Shown: positions 35,009 to 46,498 of the stretch, piece by piece
Numbering within the stretch: the first letter of the stretch is position 1
How the letters are laid out: each line of letters opens with the position of its first letter
Source of the DNA: Macrostomum hystrix
Lineage: Eukaryota; Animalia; Platyhelminthes
Assembly (NCBI GenBank): GCA_950097015.1
Contig: CATNEN010000024.1
Location: 3,782,001-3,846,000 of the forward strand
DNA length: 64,000 bases
Reading direction: 5' to 3'
The notes under the pieces: generated by a model
What the model saw: the letters and a program-made list of their open reading frames with translations, nothing else
Database searches by the model: none
Told to the model about the DNA's origin: nothing
Made by a program: the position numbers and the translations under genes

Positions 35009-38000
35009 TCAATCTGTCTCACTGTGCACACCTGCTTTATCTTCTCCTTCCTCGTCAAATTCTTCTTGCTCAACTGTATTCTCATCTTTGCGGTCGCGGC
35101 TTGTTTTGGTTCCTCGACCCGAACCAGTTGCCAGTCGGAGAGTCACCAGGCGCTGCTGCTGCTGCTGCTGCTGCGGCACTAGCTGGCTAGTCAGCACCAG
35201 CAGGCGGTTGTTCAGAGCCAGGCTGACCGACTGCAGAGTCCAGTCGAACGATAGCCGCGACAGGCGGACCAGCGAGGGAAGCAGCCAGATGGACAGGTCG
35301 CTGGCGCCGCCTGCGGCTGTGGCTCCGTGTGCGATCGCCCGCTTGTCGCCAGGCAACAGGCGAACAAAGCTGCCCGCAGGCTGGAAGGAAGTCGTAGTTG
35401 ACACCTTTGTTGACGAGGCTGGTTGTTGGCTGAACGCTCTTAGCTCCATCAAGCCGGCCTCGCTGCCGCTTAGCAACAGGCTCGAGTCGTTGCTGACCGC
35501 CACAACGGAGACCCCGTCTGCTGGCCGGCTGGAGAGTCCTGCGGATGTTTGCAAAGATTAAGTCTGGATTAAGAGGCCTGAGGGAGTGTGTGTGGGAGTG
35601 TGTGGGACTGTGTGGGAGTGTGTGGGAGTGTGTGGGACTGTGTGGGACTGTGTGGGAGTGTGTGGGAGTGTGTGGGACTGTGTGGGAGTGTGTGGGAGTG
35701 TTTGGGACTGTGTGGGAGTGTGTGGGACTGTGTGGGAGTGTGTGGGAGTGTGTGGGAGTGTGTGGGACTGTGTGGGACTGTGTGGGAGTGTGTGCGGGAG
35801 TGTGTGGGACTGTGTGGGAGTGTGTGGGAGTGTGTGTGGGAGTGTGTGGGAGTGTGTGGGAGTGTGTGGGAGTGTGTGTGGGATTGTGTGGGGGTGTGTG
35901 GGAGTGTGTGGGACTGTGTGGGAGTGTGTGGGAGTGTGTGGGACTGTGTGGGAGTGTGTGGGACTGTGTGGGAGTGTGTGGGAGTGTGTGGGAGTGTGTG
36001 GGAGTGTGTGTGGGATTGTGTGGGGGTGTGTGGGGGTGTGTGGCAGTGTGTGGAACTCAAGCGGAGAGCTGCGCGCAAATTGAATCCGAAAACGTGGTGA
36101 GAGGCTCACCTAAAAAGGCTAGCAGGCGGCGGGGGTGGGGGACGGCCCCACCCCACACAGATGCACAGAGACAGCAAGGGGGCGGGCTGATCACTAAAGC
36201 CAGTTTGCACAGGCGCAAGCACCCATGCAAACCAAAGCAGTGTGGGAGTGTGTGTGGGATTGTGTGGGGGTGTGTGGCAGTGTGTGGAAGTGTGTGTGGG
36301 AGAGTGTGGGAGGGTGTGTGGGAGTGTGTGGGAGTGTGTGTGGGAGAGTGTGGGAGGGTGTGTGGGAGTGTGTGGGAGTGTGTGGGAGTGTGTGTGGGAG
36401 TGTGTGGGAGTGTGTGGGAGTGTGTGGGAGTGTGTGTGGGATTGTGTGGGGGTGTGTGGGGTGTGTGGCAGTGTGTGGGAGTGTGTGGGAGTGTGTGGGA
36501 GTGTGTGTGGGATTGTGTGGGGGTGTGTGGGGGTGTGTGGCAGTGTGTGGGAGTGTGTGGGAGTGTGTGTGGGAGTGTGTGGGAGTGTGTGGGGGTGTGT
36601 GGCAGTGTGTGGGAGTTTGTGGGAGTGTGTGGGAGTGTGTGTGGGATTGTGTGGGGGTGTGTGGGGGTGTGTGGCAGTGTGTGGGAGTGTGTGGGAGTGT
36701 GTGTGGGAGTGTGTGGGAGTGTGTGGGAGTGTGTGTGGGATTGTGTGGGGGTGTGTGGGGGTGTGTGGCAGTGTGTGGAAGTGTGTGTGGGAGAGTGTGG
36801 GAGGGTGTGTGGGAGTGTGTGGGAGTGTGTGTGGAAGTGTGTGTGGGAGAGTGTGGGAGTGTGTGTGGGAGTGTGTGTGGGAGTGTGCGTGGGAGTGTGT
36901 GGGAGTGTGTGAGGGTGTGTGAAGTGTGTGACTCACCGTCCGCTGGTTCGCACTCGGGCAGATCTCGTTCAAGCCGGCCAGACCGGCAGTCCCAGACAAA
37001 GAGGCGGCGGCTGCAGCCGTTCTGTTCCGGCCGGTCGTCGAAGGCGGTGTGGGCCAGGCGTCGACCGTCTCTGCTCAGCGCCGCCGAGTGCAGCTGCAGC
37101 AGCGCTCCCGGATGTTCCAACAGCGCCAGCTGGTTGCCGTTAGCAACGTCGAACACGCACATGTGATGCGCGTGGAAGGCGGCCACCAGGACAGAGAGGT
37201 CCTCGCTCACCAGATAGCCAGCCAGGCAATTGGACCGCTCCGACTGGCGCTCAGCGGCGCGTCTTCGGCTGGCGCTGCGCCATTCGGCGCGATGTCGCCG
37301 CCGCCTGGCTGAGGGTGCCTCGGCCCGGCGCTGCCACGGTGTGCCAAGCGGCGTCGGGAGGCGGCGCCGCAGGTAGGCCTCGAACTGCTTCTGCTCAGCT
37401 GCCGTTTCTTCGTCACCGGCACTCTGCTATTAAAAAGAAATCGTAGCTGGATCAGCAGCTAGAATCGTACATGATAAGCAGCTAGAATCGTAGCTAGATA
37501 AGCAGCTAGAATCGTAGCTAGAATCGCAGCTAGAATCGTAGCTAGAACCGTAGCTAGAATCGCAGCTGGATCAGCAGCTAGAATCATTCTTATCTTTCTG
37601 TCATGCTCTCACCTCGCCAATTGTTCTTCAATTTCTTTTCTAAGTCTTCAATGGCTCACCCTATCAACGTTGCCAGCGTCGTCCAGTTTGGCGGCCTCGC
37701 TGAAGTCCGGCCGCAGCTTTCGAATGACATCGCCAGATTCCAGGCTGTAGATCGTGAAGCCGTTGCGCGCCTCGTTGACGCAGAGCAGCTGCGCTCCGCC
37801 AGACAGGACGCGATAGTCGGTTCGGGGGCAGGCCGCGATCTGTAGGTCGGAGAGCCCACCGATGTACTTTTCCCGCTCCAGATCGTATATGCGCATCGTT
37901 TGGTAGACCGGCCTGGCGCCTGGGGCCTAAAAAAATGAAAGGGTGGCCTGGAAATTAGTTTTACGTTGGTAGGGCTCGCGAATTAACGCTTGGAACTGGA

Positions 38001-41000
38001 AGGGAATCAATGAAGGACACAACTGGAAGGACACAACTGGAAGGACACAACTGGAAGGACACAACTAGAAGGACACAACCACAACTAAATGGACAAAACT
38101 GGAAGGACACAACTGGAAGGACACAACCATAACTAGAAGGACACAACTAGAAGGACACAACTAGAAGGACACAACTGGAAGGACACAACTGGAAAGACAC
38201 AATTGGAAGGACAAAGCTAGAAAGACACAACTAGAAGGACACAACTAGAAGGACACAACTGGAAGGACAAAACTGGAAGGACACAACTAGAAGGACACAA
38301 CTAGAAGGACACAACTGGAAGGACACAACTGGAAGGACACAACCATAACTAGAAGGACACAACCACAACTAGAAGGACACAACTGGAAGGACACAACTGG
38401 AAGGACACGACTGGAAGGACACAACTGGAAAGACACAATTGGAAGGACAAAGCTAGAAAGACACAACTAGAAGGACACAACTGGAAGGACACAACTGGAA
38501 GGACACAACTGGAAGGACACAACTGGAAGGACACAACTGGAAGGACAAAACTGGAAGGACGCAACTGGAAGGACACTACTGGAAGGACACAACTGGAAGG
38601 ACACAACTGGAAGGACACAACTGGAAGGACACAATTGGAAGGACTCAACTGGAAGGACAAAGCTAAAGGCCATTATTGGAAGGACGCGGCGAAATTGCAT
38701 CAGAAACAGAGCAAAAGCTTTTCGCACCTTAGGCGAGTGTCCCAGCTGAGACAGCACAACTGCTCGCCGTTCGTGCAGGAGTACAACGTCTCGACTGTCG
38801 GCAATGCCACGCGCCGAGTGCACCAGACGACAGCCACCTTCACCGTCGGCGAGCTGCCACAATTGTACGGCTGAGTTGCCCGCCAGTAGGACGAGCGCGA
38901 AGCTGCCAGCTCCACCAGAGTCCATTCGGAGGTCTATCGGTCCGAAGACACCCTGACGAGCAGTCGTCTGCTGCTGATGCTGCTGCTGCTGCTGCTGCTG
39001 CTGAAGACAGTTCTGCAAGTTCCAGAACTCCAAGTCACCGTCCTCGCCAGCTAGTAGCAGCCGGCGAAGATCGTGAACGGCGCCAACCTTCCAGAGTCCC
39101 GCACGTCGGCAGTAGTGAGCATGCTCCTCCGTCTCCAGGTTCCACAAGGCGACATCCGTGCAGCCGTTCGACTCTGACGGATTCAAAACCAGCGCGTGCA
39201 GCTGGGAGCCAGTCAGCAGCAGGCGGTGAACTGGTCGATCCTCTGGGCAGCCGCGAAGGCGTCGCACCGGCTCGCCGGTGTCAGCGCAGAACAGCTCCAG
39301 GTGAGTGACGAACTCCCGACCGCCGGAGTGGACGGCGGCAGACGGGGTAGCGACGGCTGCTGCTCGGCAGGCCAGGATGTGATAGTCTCGGCTGCACTGC
39401 ACGGCGGTGATCAGGGAGGCCGGATCCGAGCAGCCGAGGCAGCCGACTGTCTCGCCGGATCGGCAGTCAACTAGGCGAGCACAGTTGGCTCCGCGGACAG
39501 CGACAAGCACCTGGTGGGTGTCTGCGGAGGCCGCCAATAGAATCGCGTCAGGCGCCGGCGACTCAAGTTGACGCTGACAGGTCCTGGCAAGTCTTCTCAG
39601 GCACCAGGTGCGCATTTCGCAAACTCCGTGGTGAAGGCAGACTAAATATTGGGCATCCGGACCAGCTAGAGCTGCGGAGCACGGGTCGTCGGCCAGACGG
39701 ACGCACCACAGCCGGCGGCCGTGACTAGCGGAGAAGAGGTCGATGCTGTCGGGCTGACAGGCGGCTAGAACCTTCTCCCGGAGGCCCAGAAGCAGGTCAG
39801 TGACGCGCCGGCCGCATCCGGGCACGCTGAAGCGGACACGAGCCTCGGCGACGTGCCAGGACTTGATAGTGTCATCGGCCGCGGCAGTGTAGCAGACGGT
39901 GCCGTCAGAGGAAAGACAAGCGGCGGTGACTGGCCCAGCATGGCCCTGAAGCCGGTCAGCAGCGGAGACGCCAGATGAACCGCAGGGAGTCAGGCAGACA
40001 CCGGACGGTGCCAGGGCGTTGTCGCAGCGGCGAGCCTGCTTACAAAGGCGTCGCAGTGAAACGCTTCCTCTGGCGGCGTCGGCGGCCATGTCGGACAGTC
40101 GGCCGAGCAGCTGCTCAGCCAGTTGAAGGCCGCCCTCCGATGGCTCGGCTTCCAGGTGATTTCGGGAGAGGCGCAGCGCCTCGGCCACCGGACGGAGCTC
40201 GTCAGCAGACGTCGGATCTTCCGTCAGAGCCGCCTCCGTGGCATCCACAAGATCGAGAAGGTCGCGCACAGGCGCAGCGGCCAGATGTGCCGCCAAGAAA
40301 TCAAAGCGGCAGAGGCAACTTCTCGCCACGGTGCCCGGTCCGGCGGCTGCAGCCAGGTGGCGCGGCAGCTCGGACAGTTTGCGCAGGTTGCTCGCCCGCG
40401 CCGGCGGTCCCGCCTGGTCCGGTCGGTCGAAGAAACACGGCTGACCGGAGAAATAGTCGGCCAGCGATTTGCGCAGCGTCTCCCTGTCAGGCAGCAGGTA
40501 GCGCAGCTCGGCGACCCGCCTGACAGCGCCACTGGCCCAGGTGAGCAAAACCGAGGCGTCGCCGGTTCGCTCGATCAGCCAGTCGGCGAGGTCGGCCCGC
40601 AGACGACGCCAGGCCAGCTGGGGCGCCTCCGAGAGGTCCACCAGCTCCGGCTCCGTTAGGCCGTCCCTAGCGGCGGTCACGAAGCCGAGGGCTCGTCTGG
40701 TTATCGCGGCGCCGTGCCGGTGCTCCAGCCAGGTCAGACGATCGCTAATCGCCGATTCTATGTCGCCGTCGGCATCGCGAAGGACGCGCAGTAAAAGCGG
40801 CGGCACCTGGCAGCCGGCTGGCGGCTGACGCAGCCGCTGGCGGAGCAGTCGAGTCGCCATCTTGGTTGTGAGCTGCTGCAGCTGCAGGAAGTGCCCAGGC
40901 CAGCCGGCGGGATAAAGCTCACGCAGCTGCTGGCATAGGCTAGTTGTTGAAGACGAAGACGTCAGCAGTAGCACCAACTTGACGCAATCGGGCAGTTGAC

Positions 41001-44000
41001 GGGGCAGCAATCTTCGGCACAGTAGGCTGCCGTCGCGAGCTGCCGTGTCAATCAGCTGATCAACGCCGTCAAGCAGTACCACAACTCTTTTTTGCTTGGC
41101 CTGGTCATTAACTGCATACAGGAGCCTCTCGAACTCGTTCGCCGCGCCTGGCAATTCCTGCGATTGGTGATGGGACTTTTCTGTTGAAAGTGGCCGACTG
41201 TGGTTATTAGTAGACAGTAGAAACATCAGAATTTTATTTGTCCACCGGCAAATCTTGGCGATGAAATCTCGATGGGAGAATCCAGGTGGGAGAATTTGAT
41301 GTCCAGGCGGGTAAATCCCGGCGGGTAAATCCCGGCGGGTAAATCACGGCGGGTAAATCCCGGCGGGTAAATCCCGGCGGGTAAATCCCGGCGGGTAAAT
41401 CCCGGCGGGTAAATCCCGGCGGGTAAATCTCAGCGGGGAAATCCCGGGTTAGAAATTCTGGAGGGTAATCCCTGAGTAACATATTTTTTCGCACCAGATT
41501 CTCCAGCCGTCTCAGACGTTTCTTCGTCTCTTCGCTGTTAACACACGTCGATGGTGTCAGCAGTTCATCAAGCTGGCGGCACAGGCTTATCAGCAGGTGA
41601 CGCGCACTCTCCGACCTGTGCGACAGTCCGACCAGGCGGACCAGCTGGGCGGAGCCAGAGGGCAGCCAGGCAGCTAGTCTGACGAATGTTGCTGACGTCA
41701 GCGCGGTCTTGCAGCTGGCGGGCGGTCCGTGGATCACCAGCGGCAGCATGCTGTCCGAGAGCAGGTAGGAGCGAACCAGGGCCAAACTGTCTGGCATGAC
41801 GGACGCGTCTGCCGCGCTGACAAACAGCAGGTTTAGAATGGATTGAAACTGTGAGATATAAAACTCTGGGATTAAAAAAGTAGAAGCTAGAGGATTTATG
41901 AATGCTAGGGGATTTATGAATGCTAGGGGATTTGTGAATGCTAGAGGATTTATGAATGCTAGGGGATTTGTGAATGCTAGGAGATTTGTGAATGCTAGGG
42001 GATTTGTGAATGCTAGGGGATTTGTGAATGCTAGGGGATTTGTGAATTCTAGGGGATTTGTGAATGCTAGGGGATTTGTGAATGCTAGGGGATTTGTGAA
42101 GCATGGGATTTGAGAAGCATGAGGATTTGCAGAACATTGGGAGTTTCTTAGGTTGAGGATTCGAGGCTCTAAATCGATATATCGTGATTAAGGATTAAGG
42201 ATTAATCAAGCAAGTAAATCTGTAAAGTGCTCACAGTTTCACGCAGAAGTCCTCACTCTCAGTCCGCATCCGGTCCGGATCAAACGAGGCCCAGCAGCGC
42301 CCGAGTTCCTGCGGCTGCCGCTGTCCTTCAGCTCGCAGCAGCATCGCCGGCTCCAGCGCGCGGCAAATGATGCCGCAGATTCGGCGAAGGTAGGCCCGGT
42401 GGGCTCGAACCACCTTGGGATTCACTCCGCCCTCCAGTGTCCACTCCAATTGGCATCGGTGCACCTGTCAGATAATCCACCTTATAAGTACCTCAGCAGG
42501 TTTAGCAAAACTCCCCGAAATCAGCCTAATGCTCCGCAGCCGGTAATAAGAGCACTCATCTCAGCCACTTACTACCAGTGCATGACTTACGACCGACTCA
42601 GAGCACACATGCCTATTCTAAAAGAACGATATCCTCATGACAGTACTGATAGTACTCAGGGCTGTACTAAAAGTACTCACAGCTGTACTGATAGTACTCA
42701 AGGCTGTACTCAAAGTACTCACAGCTGTACTGATAGAACTCAGGGCTGTACTAAAAGTACTCACAGCTGTACTGATAGTACTCAAGGCTGTACTCAAAGT
42801 ACTCACAGCTGTACTGATAGAACTCGGGGCTGTACTCACCAGCTCAGGCGGGCAGGCTGCCTCAGCGTCCATTCTCAGACGGGCCAGCCGGCCTGCCGCG
42901 GCCAGATCGACCTCCGTCCGGCCGGGCAGCAGGTCGGTGAACCGGATGGCCAGCGGCTGGTCCAGGCAGTCGCGCAGATTGTCGAAGCTACGAAGGAACA
43001 ACAGCATCCGCGAGCTGCGGTCCGATAGGCAGCTGTGGGTGGGCACGAGTGATAGAGTTATAATAATAATTGCAGGGGGGCTGCGGGGAAGGACACATCA
43101 TTTGGGACCGTAGATCCGCAGCCAGCGAGGAGGCAATTCTGCCCAATTCGCTGACTCCTGAGAACACACGCACAACAGATACCAAACGAAGCCTCTCGCT
43201 CACACAGGTGTGTACATCTGCTGTGACTTTCTCATGGTCAGGCAGTGAACTCTCACTCTGCCTTGGAGGTTGGCCCTCAATGGCGTAAATTTCACGACAA
43301 GCCCCTAAGCCTTCACTCCACGGCTGCGCCCCAAAAAATGTGGCCTCGATGCGGAATCGAGCTCAGGGACCTTGGTGCGAGAGGCAAACGCCTTAGACCG
43401 CTCTGCCACTGACCCTCCGAGTAACAGTTAATAGCCAATCATCCGCACGAACCCGAAGACCCACCGGCGCAGCTCAATTTCCAGAGGCGACGTGGAGGCC
43501 GCTCTCAGAGCCGCGCTCTGCGCCTCAACCAGCCGGCCCTGCCAAGCCAGCCTCCTGGCAGCGGCAGTCATGGCGGTCAGCAGACGCCAGTCACGACGGC
43601 GTCGCTCGCTAAGAGCCGCTTCGTCTTCGATCGGCACCGGCGTCTTCAGCCGGTACGGACGTTCAACGTCAACGTCGGCATCATCGGCCAGTTGCTCATC
43701 GTCGAGTAGCTCCTCCTGACTGTACCAAGCGTCCAGAAGCTTGGCTGCCATCGCCATCTCGTCCGGCCGAGGGCTATTCGATGCACCCGATGTGGCGGAG
43801 GTCGCCAGTTCGTCTGACGGTCTCAGAACAGCCAGCGTGCGACCCAGGGTTCGCGCCAATGAGCTCAGTCGGCGGTGAGACAGCTGGGGCCAGCGCTGCT
43901 GCTGGGAAGACATTTGCGACATCTTCTCCTCGGCATCAGCGTCGTTAGAGTCGGAGTTGTCTGCCTCCGCTATATCCGCCGAATCCTCGCTGCGTCGCAG

Positions 44001-44824
44001 CATCGCCAGGGTGGCGATCTTTCGACTGGCGCCGAGCATTTTCGTTTCGTATGCTTGATGACCACCGCTTGGCGCCGCCGAGTCGGCTGCAGCTGCGGCT
44101 GACGCCGCGGCCTCGGCGGCCTCCGCCAGCTCGCAGCGCAGCAGTTGGAACTCGCGCGCTTCAATTGCTGCCGGGCAGACCGGCGCTCCGACGCAGTCGC
44201 CAAGCAGGGCCACGCGGTACTCCGCAACCTGATCGCCGTCATCGTCACCGTCCAGACTGTCGGGCAGGTCAACGGCGCCGAGCCAGCGCCGGCCGCGGCG
44301 CGGATCCTCCAGCCGGAAGTCCAGGCCGATGCTGCTAGCGAACCGGCGCAGGCGGCCGGCCGCCAGCCGCGCGATGGCCTGCCGTTCGGCGTCGAAGTCA
44401 CTCGGGCCGGCGATCAGACGCAGGCGGAAGCGCGGATCGCCTGCCCGCGTGCGGCTGGATGGCCGGATGGGCGGCAGAATCGGCGGCGCTGGCAGCGTAG
44501 GTGGCAGCATGGTGAATTCTGTCACAATGCTCGGCTCCCTCGACAGCTCCGCGGACCAACGGCTGGAATCCATCGTTCCTTCTTCGACGCTCTCGACAAT
44601 TTCATCGACAAAGTTGATATCGAGGCTGCCGGCTGAGCTCAGAGTTGAGAGGCCGCGTTTCAATACGCCAAATTCAGAGTAACGCTGACGAAGTCGGAGC
44701 CAGCGCTGTTGTTCGAGCTCGCGATGCGCCTGTGAAGTTTCACAATCGGCAAACAGGAATTGGCAATTCTGAAGGGAAAGTTCTGAGCTTAACAAAAATC
44801 TTAACTCACCCTGACGCTGTCCAT
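35009..44824 (-). CDS. NWD1/NWD2-like STAND protein (N-terminal DUF4062-like region, NACHT/AAA P-loop domain, WD40 repeats), ~1930 aa, 9 exons
   Basis: Exons 44810-44824, 43465-44768, 42840-43032, 42235-42464, 41495-41816, 38728-41157, 37660-37926, 36937-37426, 35009-35538; phases all match, total 5781 nt. Motifs: SDFDAERQAI..LDFRLEDPRRG; PLVIHGPPASCKT (Walker A); VVVLLDGVDQL (Walker B); GFVTAARDGLTEPEL; WD repeats (LQGHAGPVTAACLSSDG..DDTIKSWH, VALWNLE, LEFWNLQ, LFVWDC). The exon 5/6 junction and the start codon are less certain. Confidence 0.85.
35583..36925. repeat. GGGAGTGTGT-type 10/12-bp satellite in NWD intron 8, split by a unique island at ~36055-36237
   Basis: Tandem GT-rich units; explains the CV/W-rich and HT-rich ORFs. 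Confidence 0.92.
37440..37585. repeat. Degenerate 12/24-bp repeat (AGCTAGAATCGT..) in NWD intron 7
   Basis: Unit related to the 34330 array. Confidence 0.8.
38012..38662. repeat. Minisatellite, 14-bp unit (AACTGGAAGGACAC), NWD intron 6
   Basis: About 45 units. Confidence 0.92.
41305..41425. repeat. Minisatellite, 14-bp unit (GGCGGGTAAATCCC), NWD intron 5
   Basis: About 8 units. Confidence 0.88.
41893..42100. repeat. Minisatellite, 18-bp unit (TGAATGCTAGGGGATTTG), NWD intron 4
   Basis: About 11 units. Confidence 0.9.
42640..42839. repeat. Minisatellite, 42-bp unit (2x21), NWD intron 3, abutting the splice donor
   Basis: About 4.7 units; ACTCAC (GTGAGT on the coding strand) recurs every 42 bp. 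Confidence 0.9.
43058..43418 (-). mobile_element. SINE family A, full length, fills most of NWD intron 2
   Basis: Matches the consensus; (ATT)n tail at 43058-43070. Confidence 0.85.
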
Positions 44825-45619
44825 ATCGCAGAATCTTCAAAGGATCCACCGATAATACTTTCGGATTTCGATTAATTTACTGTATTCCCAAGTCAGTAGT
44901 TGAAGGGGCTGCTATTGTAGCTAGACTCGTCGGTTATATCGGCGTCAAGATCCTTTTTTGAAAAAGAACCGGCGCTGAGTAGCACAGACAGCTTCCGGTT
45001 GGCAACCAACCAGGTAGCAACCGCTAGCAATATAATTGTATATCTGTCCGCATCTGAGTGTGCAGCTTCCCGTGTATTGTGAGGGCCTCCAGTTATACCC
45101 TAGAGGCATGAACTGGCCCCTCCAATAGACAGAGAGGAGAGGCAGAGAATGATGGAGAAGTTGTTGACAGTCGTCCCTACGTGGAGTTAGCCGTATATTG
45201 TCCTAATTATTATAGACAGTTTTTTTGGCCTCAGGCAGCGCATGTGTCAAAGGCCTGAGAATTAGATAGACTTAATTGAGATATAGGCAAAAGTTAATAA
45301 TGAATTCAGTTTCGAAGCACAAAAGACTGCGAGTTCCCGTATTTATGAGTTCAAATAAAAAAAGAATTTATGAGACTGCAAAAATAGGGCCGCAAAAGCC
45401 TAAAAGTAGAGCATTGACTAGCACTTTATGCCCCCCATCCGTGGAGCTGGACGCTTTTTAACTCGTCATAAAAGTACGAAGGTACTTAAATCGTTAAGTT
45501 CAAGTTAAAACACATAAATTAACTAACTTGCATTTGCAAAGTTTATAAATAATGTAATGCGGTTTCGCAAGATTGAAATGGACAATTGAAATTGAAAATC
45601 TAAAGAATAAGATTCTTCA

Positions 45620-46078
45620 GAATGGGAATTTTTTTAATGAGATTCTTTAAAATGGGATTTTTTCAAATTGGGATTATTCAAATTGAGATACTTAAAAACT
45701 TTCGATTCTTTAGAATGGGATTTTTTCTAATTGGGATACTTAAAAACTTTGGATTCTTTAGAATGGGATTCTTTAGAATGGGATTCTTTAGAATGGGATT
45801 CTTTAGAATGGGATTCTTTAGAATGGGATTCTTTAGAATGGGATTTTTTAGAATGGGATTCTTTAGAATGGGATTCTTTAGAATGGGATTCTTTAGAATG
45901 GGATTCTTTAGAATGGGATTCTTTAGAATGGGATTCTTTAGAATGGGATTCTTTAGAATAGTAATCTTTAGAAAAGGTTTCTTTAGAATGTTATTCTTTA
46001 TAATGGGATTCTTTAGAATGGGATTCTTTAGAATGGGATTCTTTAGAAAAGGTTTCTTTAGAACGGGATTATTCAAAA
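45620..46078. repeat. Minisatellite, 15-bp unit (TTCTTTAGAATGGGA)
   Basis: Homogeneous core with degenerate edges. Confidence 0.9.
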
Positions 46079-46224
46079 TGTAATTTTTATGCCAGTGTGA
46101 CAATTATGATGCAATATTTTTTATTTCAAGTCATAATGGTTCGCCGTTAAATTGTCTTTTTGACCTTTGACAATCGCAGATTTTCGAATATTTCATCCCC
46201 TTAGTTTTGAGCAATTTTTTAGTG

Positions 46225-46498
46225 ATCATTTGGTGGCACCAGAGGCACTAGGAGGCAATTCTGCCCATTCTGCTGACTCCTGAGCACACACGCACACAGG
46301 TGTGTACATCTGCCCTGACTTTCTCATCGCCTTGGAGGTTGGCCCTCAAGGGCGTAAATTTCACGACAAGCCCCCAAGCCTTCTCTCCGCGGCTGCGCCC
46401 CAAATAAATATGGCCTCGCCGCGGAATCGAGCTCAGGGACCTTGGTGCGAGAGGCAGACGTGTTAACCGCTCTGCCACTCACCCCCCTGATATATTTG
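46225..46498 (-). mobile_element. SINE family A with internal deletions
   Basis: Head GGGGGGTGAGTGGCAGAGCGGTTAACACG..GAGCTCGATTCC; lacks part of the central segment and part of the 3' region. Confidence 0.85.

Noticed and set aside
39975-44682. Multiple plus-strand and alternate-frame ORFs over NWD exons, and similar ones over the GPCR and OXNAD1
   Set aside because: These are shadow ORFs caused by high GC content of real coding exons.
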